DNA of 63,969 nt, filler included, from Octopus bimaculoides (GCF_001194135.2; 6 parts of 6 records of this genome joined end to end with filler, not necessarily neighbours in it); one strand, 5' to 3'. Numbered from the whole stretch's first letter, positions 1 to 12,960 are shown. The notes: a model not told the origin generated them from the letters alone. Numbers and translations: made by a program.

Positions 1-60
<60 letters not shown>
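1..60. repeat. (CA)n microsatellite
   Basis: Pure AC dinucleotide run. It stands for dozens of (CA)n, (TA)n, (TATG)n, (TATC)n, (GA)n and (ATT)n tracts in the window, most of which border N gaps. Confidence 0.98.
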
Positions 61-62
<2 letters not shown>

Positions 63-129
63 GCATACACACCAACATTCTTACAATGCAAACAAACTGA
101 AACAATGAATTAAGAAGTGATGAAAGATG

Positions 130-787
130 AGCAGAAAACTTCTTTGAGGTCAAATGTATCAACTTGACCGTGGCGTGCCACCTTGAAGAGAGGAACAGAG
201 AGAGAAGGAGAGAGAGAGAACAAGGAGAGGGTGATGGTGGATGAAGTGAGTAGGGGTGGAAGGTGGAGTGGTGAGGGAGAGAGAGAGTGTGTGTGTAAGG
301 GAGAGAGAGAGAGAGAGAGAACGGGAGAGATGTCACAGTAAGTGAAGAATAAGGAGGCTGAGAAGGATTGGGAGAAGGAGGAGTAGAAGTAGAAAGAAGG
401 AGAAAAAAGAAAAGCAAAACTTAGAGTAGTAACATGAAAATGAAGAAGAGGAGAAGTTGGAGTGTGAGGAGGGAGAGAAAAGAAAAAGAAGAGAAAGAAG
501 AATAGGAAAAAGAAGAGGGAAAGAAAAAGTAGGGTAAAAAGAAGAAAAAAAGAGGAGAGGAAAAATAACAGAAAAGAAAAATAAGGAAGAAGAGAAAAAG
601 ACAAAAATGTAAAAAAAGAAAAGGAAAAATGAGAAGAAGAAAAGGAAGAAGAAGGGATGAATGAGAAGAATGAGAAATGCCAAAACCGTTTTATTGTTAA
701 GAGCAAAGGTTGATTGAAATTTCACTCGAGTTTCAAAAGTGGTAAAAGAAAACCAGGAATTCCATTCAAAATAAACAAAAGAAAAGA
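130..787. repeat. Purine-rich (GA/GAA/A-rich) low-complexity tract
   Basis: Almost entirely A/G on the + strand; this explains the F/L/S-rich minus-strand pseudo-ORFs. Confidence 0.9.
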
Positions 788-1477
788 NNNNNNNNNNNNN
801 NNNNNNNNNNNNNNNNNNNNNNNNNNNNNNNNNNNNNNNNNNNNNNNNNNNNNNNNNNNNNNNNNNNNNNNNNNNNNNNNNNNNNNNNNNNNNNNNNNNN
901 NNNNNNNNNNNNNNNNNNNNNNNNNNNNNNNNNNNNNNNNNNNNNNNNNNNNNNNNNNNNNNNNNNNNNNNNNNNNNNNNNNNNNNNNNNNNNNNNNNNN
1001 NNNNNNNNNNNNNNNNNNNNNNNNNNNNNNNNNNNNNNNNNNNNNNNNNNNNNNNNNNNNNNNNNNNNNNNNNNNNNNNNNNNNNNNNNNNNNNNNNNNN
1101 NNNNNNNNNNNNNNNNNNNNNNNNNNNNNNNNNNNNNNNNNNNNNNNNNNNNNNNNNNNNNNNNNNNNNNNNNNNNNNNNNNNNNNNNNNNNNNNNNNNN
1201 NNNNNNNNNNNNNNNNNNNNNNNNNNNNNNNNNNNNNNNNNNNNNNNNNNNNNNNNNNNNNNNNNNNNNNNNNNNNNNNNNNNNNNNNNNNNNNNNNNNN
1301 NNNNNNNNNNNNNNNNNNNNNNNNNNNNNNNNNNNNNNNNNNNNNNNNNNNNNNNNNNNNNNNNNNNNNNNNNNNNNNNNNNNNNNNNNNNNNNNNNNNN
1401 NNNNNNNNNNNNNNNNNNNNNNNNNNNNNNNNNNNNNNNNNNNNNNNNNNNNNNNNNNNNNNNNNNNNNNNNNNNNN

Positions 1478-1708
1478 TATATATGTATGTCTGTGTATGT
1501 GTGTCTGTGTTTGTCCCCCAACATCGCTTGACAACCGATGCTGGTGTGTTTACGTCCCCGTAACTTAGCGGTTCGGCAAAAGAGACCGATAGAATAAGTA
1601 CTAGGCTTACAAAGAATAAGCTCTGGGGTCGATTTACTCGACTAAAGGCGGTGCTCCAGCATGGCCACAATCAAAAGACTGAAACAAGTAAAAGAGAGTA
1701 AAAGAGTA
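1478..1708 (+). mobile_element. SINE family A, 3' half
   Basis: GACAACCGATGCTGGTGTGTTTACGTCCCCGTAACTTAGCGGTTCGGCAAAAGAGACCGATAGAATAAGTAC...GGCGGTGCTCCAGCATGGC...GAAACAAG(TAAAAGAG)n matches the copies at 6.5, 17.8 and 40.1 kb. Confidence 0.9.
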
Positions 1709-1710
1709 TA

Positions 1711-1824
1711 GGCCCAGGCATGGCGGTGCGGTTAAGAAGCTTACTTTGCAACCATGTAGTTTCGGGTTCAGTCCCAGTGGGTGGCACTTTGGGCAAGTGT
1801 TTTCATACTATAGCTACTGGCCGA
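1711..1824 (+). mobile_element. SINE family A, tRNA-like head (3' truncated)
   Basis: GGCCCAGGCATGGCGGTGCGGTTAAGAAGC...GGGTTCAGTCCC has A/B-box-like motifs and is homologous to 39852-39960. Confidence 0.85.
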
Positions 1825-2050
1825 ATAAAAAAAATCAATGAAAGGGTCCAAAAAGATCCATAAAGGCCGAAATATATCTGACTCTCTCACTGGCTACTGC
1901 CAGACGAATTTCCATCTCTCTCTGTATTGTGGACAAAACCTGCAGTAACTTGCCCTCTCGATAGTCTTTATATATTAAGTATGATACATTAAGTATGATA
2001 CATAGGTGGTTACACAAACAAACATACTTACATACCTGCATACATACATG

Positions 2051-2106
<56 letters not shown>

Positions 2107-2198
2107 TATATATATTATATTATATTACATGAGAGGAAAAATCAAAACCAAGGCAGAACGAATGTCTCAAGTCATTTAGAATAATTTCATTAGGGTAA

Positions 2199-2275
2199 GC
2201 CTTACAGTTGTTTCTGGAGATAGCCCAAATGGTTGCTTAGCATATCAGTGCACTGTGTACTCCGTCATCAGAGAC
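2199..2275 (-). ncRNA. Degenerate hammerhead-ribozyme-like motif (type I)
   Basis: Minus strand reads GUCU-CUGAUGA-C-GGAG-[40 nt]-CUCC-A-GAAAC-AACU-GUA-AGGC. There is a non-canonical extra A before GAAA. Confidence 0.4.
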
Positions 2276-3184
2276 GGGGAAAATTTGCAGTTTACAAAGA
2301 ATAAAATTCAGTTTATAAGGAATAAAATAGAAGAATAAAGTAGTAAAATAGAAGAATACAGAGTAAAAGTATTTAGAAGAACACAGGCAGGAGAATAATG
2401 TTCACAATTCATCTTTTTCCAGAGGATATGGGTGATGGTCGGTACTTCCATGAAAGTACAGGTTTTTAGTTAAAATCCTATATTCTATATATATATAATA
2501 CAAATGATATATAAGCATAAGCATGTATACATACATATATATACACACCTACATCTACATGCATATATAGAGGCATATTCGGGTACAAGACGTTAGAAAA
2601 ATGAACGGGAACATAAAAACAAAACGGACTTTGTTTACAGACAACAGAACGAACACAGGAAAACAAACAAGCCACTTATGGAATTATTCCTTCATCAGCA
2701 GCCTCTATTCTAAAACTAGGCGTTTCGAAGATAAGGCAGGACGCATTCTTAGAATAGTTTCTTCCTGAGTAGTGGATTAACCCACTAAACAGAGGATTTC
2801 AAGGTAGCAAACACAAATCAAGACAGGAAAAATTGGACATTTATTCACTTTCATATGTCTACTTCTGTATCGCCTGATATATATGTATTGTTTGTTTTTT
2901 CTCGGTCCAATATTCTCCGCAACACTCGTGGACGCCGCCATCTTGGAGGCATCGCAGTCCTATCATTAATGGCGCGAAAATGTGTCATACTTTCTGATAA
3001 CTAATCAAGAACTTAAGGACCTTCTTTGTCTGTTTTCCATCCGTTTGCGTACTTAATATACGTTTTTCAGTTCGTCTGTGCATTTATTAATCGTTTTCTT
3101 AACTTTCCATTCTGTGCCCGTTTTTCGATTGTGCATTTTCACTTATATATATATATACGTGTGTGTGTGCGTGTATGTATAGAT

Positions 3185-3330
3185 ATGACGGGCTTCTCTC
3201 AGTTTCCATCTACCAAATCTATTCACGTCTTTGGTCGGCCCAAGGATGTAGTAACAGACATCTACCGAAAGTACAATGCATTGGGATTTAACCCAGAACG
3301 ATGTGGTTGAGAAGCAAACTCCTTACTATG
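3185..3330 (-). mobile_element. SINE family A, 5' half (diverged)
   Basis: GACGGGCTTCTCTCAGTTTCCATCTACCAAATCTATTCAC matches 18068-18110. Confidence 0.8.
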
Positions 3331-4274
3331 TATATGTTTGGTATGTTGATTCACTGTTTATTTCTATTTTTCTTGACCATATTATACTGACGAGTAGAAG
3401 TTGTATAATGCTACAATAACTACGAAATCATGATCTATAATTTAGTCCGTTTTTAAGGGGTTGGCTTTGAGAGTTGCATTTCCTCGCATTCGGTAAAAAT
3501 GTGCTTTTTATAGTAGTCTGACCTTAGAGTCCCTCATNNNNNNNNNNNNNNNNNNNNNNNNNNNNNNNNNNNNNNNNNNNNNNNNNNNNNNNNNNNNNNN
3601 NNNNNNNNNNNNNNNNNNNNNNNNNNNNNNNNNNNNNNNNNNNNNNNNNNNNNNNNNNNNNNNNNNNNNNNNNNNNNNNNNNNNNNNNNNNNNNNNNNNN
3701 NNNNNNNNNNNNNNNNNNNNNNNNNNNNNNNNNNNNNNNNNNNNNNNNNNNNNNNNNNNNNNNNNNNNNNNNNNNNNNNNNNNNNNNNNNNNNNNNNNNN
3801 NNNNNNNNNNNNNNNNNNNNNNNNNNNNNNNNNNNNNNNNNNNNNNNNNNNNNNNNNNNNNNNNNNNNNNNNNNNNNNNNNNNNNNNNNNNNNNNNNNNN
3901 NNNNNNNNNNNNNNNNNNNNNNNNNNNNNNNNNNNNNNNNNNNNNNNNNNNNNNNNNNNNNNNNNNNNNNNNNNNNNNNNNNNNNNNNNNNNNNNNNNNN
4001 NNNNNNNNNNNNNNNNNNNNNNNNNNNNNNNNNNNNNNNNNNNNNNNGTTTCATATATATATATATATATATGTATAAATATGCATAAATGTATGAATGT
4101 ATGTATGTATATATGTATGAATATATGTATATAAGTGCATGTATATATATGTATATATATGTATATATATGCATAAACGTATGTTTGCATGAATGTCTGT
4201 ATGTATATATGTATAAATGTATGTATATGTATGTATATGTATGTCTGCATGTATGTATATATACACACACGCAC

Positions 4275-4307
<33 letters not shown>

Positions 4308-5237
4308 CACACACACAAATGAATTCTCTTGGATTTAAATGAAACTTTCAGTTTGATATTCAAGGCTATATCATTGATAGTTTGTTGTGTAATGTGTTCG
4401 AAAAAAAGGAAGTCCGTCTTACGTAACCTATCGAGGCCTTCTAGTGCGGAAAGGTATACCGGTTGGGTGAGGTCGATGCAATTAATACTGATTTCGAAAA
4501 CTGTGAATATTTTGTAATTCAGAAATATACGAAGAGGGATGTAGTTCCGAAGATGTTAAAGTTTAAGATTAAAGTTAGCATAGAATAAACAAGAGAAGAA
4601 ACGTGGAACTGTAAGGAAGTGCGGTCTTAATTACAAATGTCGCTACACCACCAATATGGGGTACCATATCGAGTGATGTTACTTAATATTTTAAGGAAAA
4701 TTTGAGTGAGACTGCAACTTTAAAACAAAAAGGAAATATGGTGCCGATCATTCTAGCTTAATGCATGATACCAACAGCAAAAACTACCATTTTACCATTC
4801 TACATCTGCCGGAAATTATTGTAAACTAGAGTTGGTTTTCTTTGTTTATTTGGATTTCCATTAAACTTTTGAACATTTTAGTTTTGCTGACGTCGGTAAA
4901 TTTTGTTTCAACAATTGCAAGACTGTTGTTTTAAAATATATTTTTTTCTTTTTACTTTCAAGTGCACAAAGCCATTTCAGTATTGCGGCGTTTAGTCACT
5001 GATTTTCTTTGGGCAAAATACAAAGCTGTTTTATTCAAAGACACAATTGTACTTAATTAAAGTTACTTTTTTTGCCCAGCATAGTTCTGGTACATATTTA
5101 ACGGAAACTGGCGAAATATATGATTATATATGACTTAGGACTTAAGACGTGTTTGAACTCAGAATAATAAGGGGAAAGATCTGAATAAACATGACCATAC
5201 ATGGTTCTTAACATTATGGAACATTAAGTTAAGCAGC

Positions 5238-5268
<31 letters not shown>

Positions 5269-6448
5269 TGTATGTATGTATGTNNNNNNNNNNNNNNNNN
5301 NNNNNNNNNNNNNNNNNNNNNNNNNNNNNNNNNNNNNNNNNNNNNNNNNNNNNNNNNNNNNNNNNNNNNNNNNNNNNNNNNNNATAAATATATATATATA
5401 TACACATACATATATATACGTATATGTATAGGTTTCTTTGTTACCAAATTAGGAAATGGTCTGTTGGAGATATTTACGATGCCAAACGTAGAAGCAGGGT
5501 TATAAGTCGTCTTGTTCTAGCTTGTGGGGGAATACTCATTTGGAGAGTTTGTTTGTTTATGACTTGTGTTTGATTAAGCGTAATAACAATTAAATTGTTG
5601 ATGTTAGATGATACCTACCCACCTACCTTCACACCCACACCCACACCCACTCTCACACATGCATACACACACACACAAACATATTCATACATGTATACAT
5701 GTATGCATACACGCATGCATACATGTGCGCGTGTCCGTGTAGGGAGGTGTTATCTAACAAGCGTTTCACACGAATCAAAGCATACTTACATATTGTAGTC
5801 AAATCAAAAGTTTTTGTAAATATTTTCTACCGCTGTGATATATATATATATATATATATGTGAGCATGTTCGTGTGTATATTTACACACACACACACACA
5901 CACCTACATGCACATACTGACGCACGCATACATACATTCCACACATAACACTTTTTATATGCTTCCCAGAGTTTCACGATCCACGTGTTCGGGCGACTGA
6001 ATCTCTGGTGTAGTGGTGAATGCAGACACATTTTGAATGAGCAGCGTTATTTTACTCTCTCTAACATCATTGAATACATGTTACGCATTTTCTTTTCCAA
6101 TCGGCACCTATGTGAAATGTTGTAACTTTTAATATTTATTAAGTACATTTTTTAGTTCAATAAACTGTCTATAGTGAAACACAATGGCATGAAACTCAAT
6201 GTCATTGAGTTACTGTAGTATTTCAATGGGCACTGGATAATAATTAAAAAAAAGGGATAATAAAAATATCTGCTTTATGCATTACGTTCTATTTCTTGTT
6301 CTTTTTTTTTAAATCAAAAGTATATTCGTGTGTAAATGTGCCTGTGTTTGTGTGTTTGTATGTGTGTGTATGTGCGTAGGTGTGTGTGTGTATGTGAGTG
6401 TGTGTATCTGTGTTTGTGTGTGTGTGTGTTTGAATATATGTATATTAT

Positions 6449-6660
6449 TTTACTCTTTTGCTCTTTTACTTGTTTCAGTCTTTTGACTGTGGCCATGCCG
6501 GAGCACTGCCTTTAGTCGAACAAATTGACAACAGGACTTATTCTTTGTAAGCTTAGTACTTATTCTATCAGTGTCTTTTGCCGAACCGCTAAGCTACGGG
6601 GACGTAAATACACCAACATCAGTTATCAAGCGATGGTGGGGGACAAACACAGACACACAG
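6449..6660 (-). mobile_element. SINE family A, 3' half, running into an expanded (CA)n
   Basis: Reverse-complement match to 1478-1708. Confidence 0.9.
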
Positions 6661-6680
6661 ATGTACACACATACACATAT

Positions 6681-6758
<78 letters not shown>

Positions 6759-6789
6759 GCGTATAATTTTTTTGACTAATGGGTATATG

Positions 6790-7680
6790 TCAATTACTGT
6801 GTTGAGTAAAGCATGTCCGCAGTTTAAGCTACCTGGTATCATCCACGGTTGGGATATATATTTGCAGGACCTACAGAAACAGAAACTTAGAGGAGAAGCA
6901 GGCATCATACATGTAAAAAATAATGCAGGGGCACCTATCCTGCAAGCTAGAGGATAACAACAGCTTTGACAGGAAGAATAGCCTCTCCTGTACTTCTGAT
7001 AGATACATTACATCCTACCTAGATGGGTGTGTCTTAGCTATCCAGGAATAGGAGGTTACTACTAAATATCTGACCAACAAGTAGGACAAAAATACTACCG
7101 AACCCTGACGCTGCGATAGAAAAGGTCGGCTCTGCTATACCAGAGTGGAAAATATCAGCTGCATCATTGGTCCCTGCTCCAAAATTATACTTGCCTTTGA
7201 GGCATGATGTAGTTGTAAAGAATATTTACAACACTTTCCGCCGAAAGGATTGCCCTGATGTATATATCAAAAGCATATTAGAACCAGCATGTATTCACAC
7301 CTTTAAAAACAAGGAATACCGGTGGAATACTCCAATAAAGACATCAGTTCGGTGCAATTATATCAGACCTGATATTGTTCTATGGGACAGGGAACGAACT
7401 CATGCACTGTTATAGGGGTCAGCTGCCCAGCAGATGTCAATGTATAATCAAAATTCCAGGAAAAAAAGAACATTTATGGTGAATTAATGCCGAATTTACA
7501 GCTCTTTTACCCTGACAATAAATTCTCATTTCTACCTTCATCATAGGTGCATTAGGCTATGTACATAAAATTTACATTAAAAAAACTAGAAGCAGTAGGT
7601 TTTCTCCAAATCTATTAGCAGCACAGTGAAGAATTGGTAGACATTTCAAAGATGCTCCATTTGGGATTCTTTTGATGAAT
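6790..7680 (+). pseudogene. Decayed 3' fragment of an R4/Dong-like non-LTR retrotransposon (RLE endonuclease region)
   Basis: Broken frames give AIQE*EVTTKYL, a degenerate CCHC knuckle (RLC..VENIS.II..C), RHD, RPDIVLWDR, VSCPADVN and IIGALG. This is the order expected for a restriction-like endonuclease domain. Confidence 0.8.
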
Positions 7681-7943
7681 AGATGAACACATTTGGGTGT
7701 ATGTATCGACGGCTCAATCAACACAGCGACTCAATCACATATTTACAAGCACCGGGAATTTTTTTGATTCAGAAGTCTTGTCGCTTTGTTAGCTTGGACT
7801 CCCTTAAGAACTTAAATAAAACACAAAGAAAAAACAAGCATACATACACACACAGATTCACAAACACACACACGTGCGCGCGCACATATGCATACTTCAT
7901 CTCACTTTGCTGTGCGATCATTTCGATATCTGACGTATATATA

Positions 7944-8230
7944 GGTGCATGGCTCAGTGGTTAGAGCGTTGAGCTTACGATCGCGATGTTGTGAGTTCGG
8001 ATCCCGGACCGAGCTGCGTGTTGTGTTCTTGAGCAAGACACTTTATTTCACGTTGCTCCAGTTCACTCAGCTGTAGAGATGTGTTGCGATGTCACTGGTG
8101 CCAAGCTGTATCGGCCTTTGCCTTTCCCTTGGATAACACTGGTGGCGTAGAGAGGGGAAGCCGGTATGCATGGGCGACTACTGGTCTTCCACAAACAACC
8201 TTGCCCAGACTTGTGCCTCGGAGGGTAACT
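7944..8230 (+). mobile_element. SINE family D (tRNA head + CORE-like domain), tail type 1
   Basis: Head GGTGCATGGCTCAGTGGTTAGAGCG...GAGTTCGGATCCC. GTGTTCTTGAGCAAGACACTTTATTTCACGTTGCTCCAGTTCACTCAGCTGTAG aligns by eye with the MIR-type CORE segment. Confidence 0.85.
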
Positions 8231-8997
8231 NNNNNNNNNNATTTTGTGAACGATAGTGTCCTTGGTGTCTACTTTCTAACGAACCGATCACTGGTTCAAT
8301 GCAGGTCGTTCGGCCAATTGGAAATTGAGCGTCGGTAACCTAGGGGATATTTCATTTAAAGTCTCCTGGTACTGGGTCAATGTTTACATTCGTGTCTTAT
8401 AAACAACCCCACATACACCCCACGCCCTCACACACACCAACACAAATACGGGGATGCACTGGTACATACATGCACAGACAGTGGGTTAGGGTGGTTACAT
8501 AGACCACGGAAGCACGCAGATTTTCTGCCAATCACCTTTGTGCACTAATGTGTCACTCAGGTTAGACATATTTAAAACATTTTGTATTAAAACGTTACGA
8601 AATAGTTATGGGCTGAAGAACAGACAGTATATTCAATGTTTAATATTATTTTAACTTTTAAGCATATACCGGAGACAAAACCGCAGACATTTTCCAGTTT
8701 TATTAGACCTCAACAAAACATAAACATGACCGTAAATATCAAAATAGCGAGGAAAGAACCAATAAATCGAAGGTTAATCAAGTAAAACAGTAGGTACAGG
8801 AAAATTACAATTCTTTACATCATAAATTATTCACAGATGACATCTGCAAAGAAACTAACAGTGAAGCTTCTGTTAAAATATTTAATGTTGCGATCATTAA
8901 ATTGATGACTGAAAAATTATCCATCTCCGACTCGTTTCCGTTATCATCTTCATCGAGCTCATCACCGTGGTTGTCTTCACCAGCATCACCTTCATCA

Positions 8998-9029
<32 letters not shown>

Positions 9030-9284
9030 ACCACCATCGTATCGTCATCCTTATGGTCATCAACATTATCGATTAGTTTACACATACATACATACATGCA
9101 TGCATACATACATACATGCATACATACAAACACACACATCCATCCATCCATCCATCCATCCATCCATCCATCCATCCATCCATACATACATACATACATA
9201 TGTATGTATATATAAAAACGGATGGAAAAAATCATCGAAGACTTGAATTAGAATTAATATTTATCGGGTGGTCGGGACAGGCAA

Positions 9285-9500
9285 AGATGTCGAACTGGCA
9301 GAATTGTTAGCACGTCAGGCAAAATGCTTGGCGGTATTCAGTCCGTCTTTACGTTCTGAGTTCAAATTCCGCAGCGGTCGACTTTGCCTTTTACCTTTTC
9401 GGGGCCGAGAAAATAAGTACCAGTTGATCACTGGGGTCATTGTAATTTACTTAACACCCTCCCCTGAACTTGCTGGCGTTGTGCCAAAATTTGAAACCAA
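9285..9500 (+). mobile_element. SINE family C
   Basis: CTGGCAGAATTGTTAGCAC...GAGTTCAAATTCC...GGTCGACTTTGCCTTT...AAGTACCAGTT, with tail GTGCCAAAATTTGAAACC. Confidence 0.9.
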
Positions 9501-9544
9501 TTGGGGAGACAGTCCATGAATTCGCTATCTGTTGTATACATATA

Positions 9545-10417
9545 CAAGATGTCCCAAAAGTCACTGATGGGTTTCAATTTTTAATAACTCCCTTAACTTT
9601 ACAAATGAATGCATGAATATTTGATACAATATAAAGGACATATTGGAAATTAATATTCATAAGTCAAATTTTGTAACACAACTACATCAAATTTAGAAAA
9701 ATGACATCGCTTAAATGGCAGCCATATCCGACTTCGCACGCCCAAAACTTGTACCATAACACCCTCTAGTTTCAGACCCTACTTATCTGATTTCTCTTTT
9801 ACTGCTCTCCTTCAGTTGTACCAGGGTCTCCGGTTTGTTGACGTAAACCCTCTCTTTCAGGTATCCTCACAAGAAAAAATCCAGGCTAATCAAGTCTGGG
9901 GAACGTGAAGGCCAGTTGACATTGCTGTAGCCGGAGGTTATTCTCTCGCCAAAGCATTGCCGTAGCAACTGCATTGTTTCTCTTGCGGTATGAGCAGTTG
10001 CCCCATCTTGCTGGAATCACGTTGAGGTCTACTTTGAATGGCCTTCACGTTCCTCAGACTTGACTAGCCCGGATTTTTTCTTGTGGGGATACCTGAAAGA
10101 GGGTTTACGTCAACAAACCGGACACCCTGGTGCAACTGAAGGAGAACATCAATAGAGAAATCAGAGAAGTGGGGTCTGAAACTCTTAAGGGTGTTATGAT
10201 GCAAGTTTTGGAAAGATCACAGGCGTGCGAAGCCGAAAATGGCTGCCATTTAAGCGATGTCATTTTTCATATGTGATGTAGTGGTGTTCCAAAATTTGAC
10301 TTGTGCATATTAATTTCCAGTATGTCTTTTATATCGTATCAAAATTTCATGTATTTATTTGTCGAGTCAAGAAAGCTATTAAAAATTGAAACCATCAGTG
10401 ACTTATGGGACACCCTG
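9545..10417. mobile_element. Fold-back Tc1/mariner (DD41D, rosa-type) derivative
   Basis: Termini CA(A/G)G(A/G)TGTCCC are flanked by TA at 9543-44 and 10418-19. The ~370-bp inverted arms each encode the transposase C-terminus. The minus strand reads FQQDGATAHTA...WPSRSPDLISLDFFL, with 41 residues between the two Asp. Confidence 0.9.
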
Positions 10418-11997
10418 TATTATACATACACTTATATGCATGTGTATATACACGTATTTACGTACGTTTGAGTGTACTTATCTATGTATACTTGTACTCT
10501 GTACTGTTCTTGTTTCTTTGCGTTGGCCAAATGTTGTACCAGCTCTAAATATGTTTGTATATCGTTCTGCTTTTTTTAAATACTGTTTTCCATATGAGCA
10601 GTGAATGTTATTGAATACTTTATATGCAACTCTTAGTGTTATTGTCTTCCGTATGAGTGTGTGTGTGTGCTTTGTCCTTTTAATCAGAAAGAAAAGGTAG
10701 TGCTCATAGCCCTTTACAAAGCCTCTGCGACTAGTGAGAGAGAAGGTGGAAGGTATCCTCAAAGCAGAGGAGACCTGACCCGATCGCTTGCAACGGAGTG
10801 GTCACCCAAGTTGCTAAAGGCATCCAGGTGTCCTATGAAAATGTTAATCTGGGAGATTGATTTAGCCTAGAACCGATGTAGGACAATAGTAGGATTTGAA
10901 CTCAGAAGACAAAGAGCTGGAACAAAAACAGCAAGCTTGGATTCGTACTTTGTAATGATAACTGTTTGGTAGTCGGAGGGAAATTGTTTGCTTTGTACTT
11001 GTAATAGCTATATGTGCAGAGTGCTTCATGGGATATCTGGGAAAGAGTTAATGTAGTTCACATGTTGAAGTATCTGTGTGTATGTGTGAGTGTGTGTGTG
11101 ATTGTATGTGTGTGTGTATGTTGGTAGGGATTGATTGTTTAAGATTTAAAAGGAGTTTACTTGTGATGCTTTTGTGTCATTACTTTTGTTATTGATTTAC
11201 TTGGAAATCAGGAGGCGTTGTGTGCAGCGCTGTCTTCCCAAACGATGGTGTTTGCGAGAATTTAAGTGTTGTAGTTGGGGCATGTCACCATGTGTACTGT
11301 TTAACGATTTCGTTGGTCACACACACGTGTATATATATACTTTTGTGTGTGTGCGTGTGTTTGTGTGTGTGAGAGAGAAGGGAGAGGGAGAGAGACAGTT
11401 TATAAAGTTTATGCTATATTTGTCGTGAAGTATTTTGTTTTTAAATGTTTCTGTGTGGACTTGTTTGTGGCGCTTGGAAAGCAAATAACAACAGCGCTTC
11501 CTATCTGTATACTTGTCATTGATTATGATGGTATTAGTATCCACAAGAATAGAACGGTAACTTTGTTTCTTTTTTTAAATTTTTATTAAAGTGTATTCCC
11601 GTTAAACGTAAAGAATCAAGGACAATAAATAAATAAATATAATACAATACTATAAAATAAAATAAGACAAAACAAAGATAAACATTCAATCGATCTGAGA
11701 AAATCCTCATTTTTGAAAATATAATGCTGCAATTTTGAAATCAATATATATATATATATATTCATATGATATTTCTTGATTGGTTTTATTGTTGAAGCCT
11801 TAATCCTATCAAGTTACAAATCCTAATCATTAGGGTATTATGAAACTGGAAGAATCGGCCAGAATGTAGGAGATAATGCGACCATTTAAAATTCTTGCTA
11901 ACTGTAGGGTACACACGCAGAGACTAGGATTTCCAGTAACCGCTTCATTCGGGAGTAGACGCATATTGGATTATGAGCGAGTAGTTTGGTTGCTTAC

Positions 11998-12303
11998 CGT
12001 GCTGGACACTCGCTTACACACCCTCCCTAATGGAGTGGATGGAGGTGGTGGCGGTATATTTTGTCCAGTTGACATGATCACTTTCCTTGCGCCATATGGA
12101 GCATCCTTATCGAGGATTACGAGCTTATCCCCCATTTATCTAGCTTTAGCTAAATCGAACATGAACACAAACCATTACGCTCAGTTTCTGCCAATACTCG
12201 GGAATCCGTTTTCCCTCTACATTTTCTCAATTTACGTTGATTTACACAGTGATATTTAGACTAAGCATCAACTTCATCAATATAGTCATATTCTGGGGTG
12301 TGC
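11998..12303 (-). CDS. Candidate host exon with 5' UTR and start codon (ATG at 12135; MGDKLVILDKDAPYGARKVIMSTGQNIPPPPPSTPLGRVCKRVSST)
   Basis: Non-repetitive, GC-richer island with acceptor CCCTTATCTATTGCAG|G and phase-0 donor CACG|GTAAGC. No family recognised; several upstream ATGs. Confidence 0.35.
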
Positions 12304-12714
12304 CTGCAATAGATAAGGGCGCTGTCTCGTCTTACTGACTAAAACACACCATTGAAATAGTTACAGAGTGAAACCATTGATTTTGATGATTTACAAAAAA
12401 TATTTGTGCGTCGCCGGTTAAAAACTTTCCAGTCATCTCAAGCGAAGGTTTCTCTTTTAAAGATAACGTGTATGTAGAAAGTGAAATCTAGTAGTGATCA
12501 TATAAGATTTGAACGTAGGACAACGGAAGTAAATAGCCTGCTGTTTTTCAGTTTCTACGTTTCTTTACATTTAACGTCTTGTGACGTTATATACTGTTCT
12601 ATACTGTTGACTATAAGGCCATTTGCCCGAAACATTTATAACACATTCAGACGCACTCACGCACACACATACACACATATTTACTCTACTAGTTAGGGAT
12701 AACCATGCACCAAT

Positions 12715-12960
12715 GTATACATCTCCAGCCTGGGCAAGGTTTGTGAGGAAGACCGACAGTCGGTTATTCATGAAAGTCTTCTCTTCTCCGGGTAACTGAT
12801 ATTTATCGGAGAGAAAGGCTGCAGACTTGGCTCGATACAACTTGACATCAGTGCCGACGCAGACATTCTTACCAGAACGCAAAGAACCGAAATTGATACC
12901 GAAAAGTGTGAAAGACAAATCGACCTCGATGGGATTTTAATCACAGGACACGGATATTAC
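12715..12960 (-). mobile_element. SINE family D, tail type 1 (old, diverged)
   Basis: GCAAGGTTTGTGAGGAAGACC...CGATACAACTTGACATCAGTG resembles 52810-52930. Confidence 0.6.

Noticed and set aside
2680-2735. Permuted hammerhead (GAAAC before CUGAUGA on the minus strand)
   Set aside because: No NUH triplet and no convincing stems I or II. It may be a Penelope-like terminal fragment, but the fold is unsupported.
4321-4545. Minus-strand open frame (..IDLTQPVYLSALEGLDRLRKTDF..) with an LRR-like look
   Set aside because: No clear splice sites or repeat periodicity, and no family recognised.
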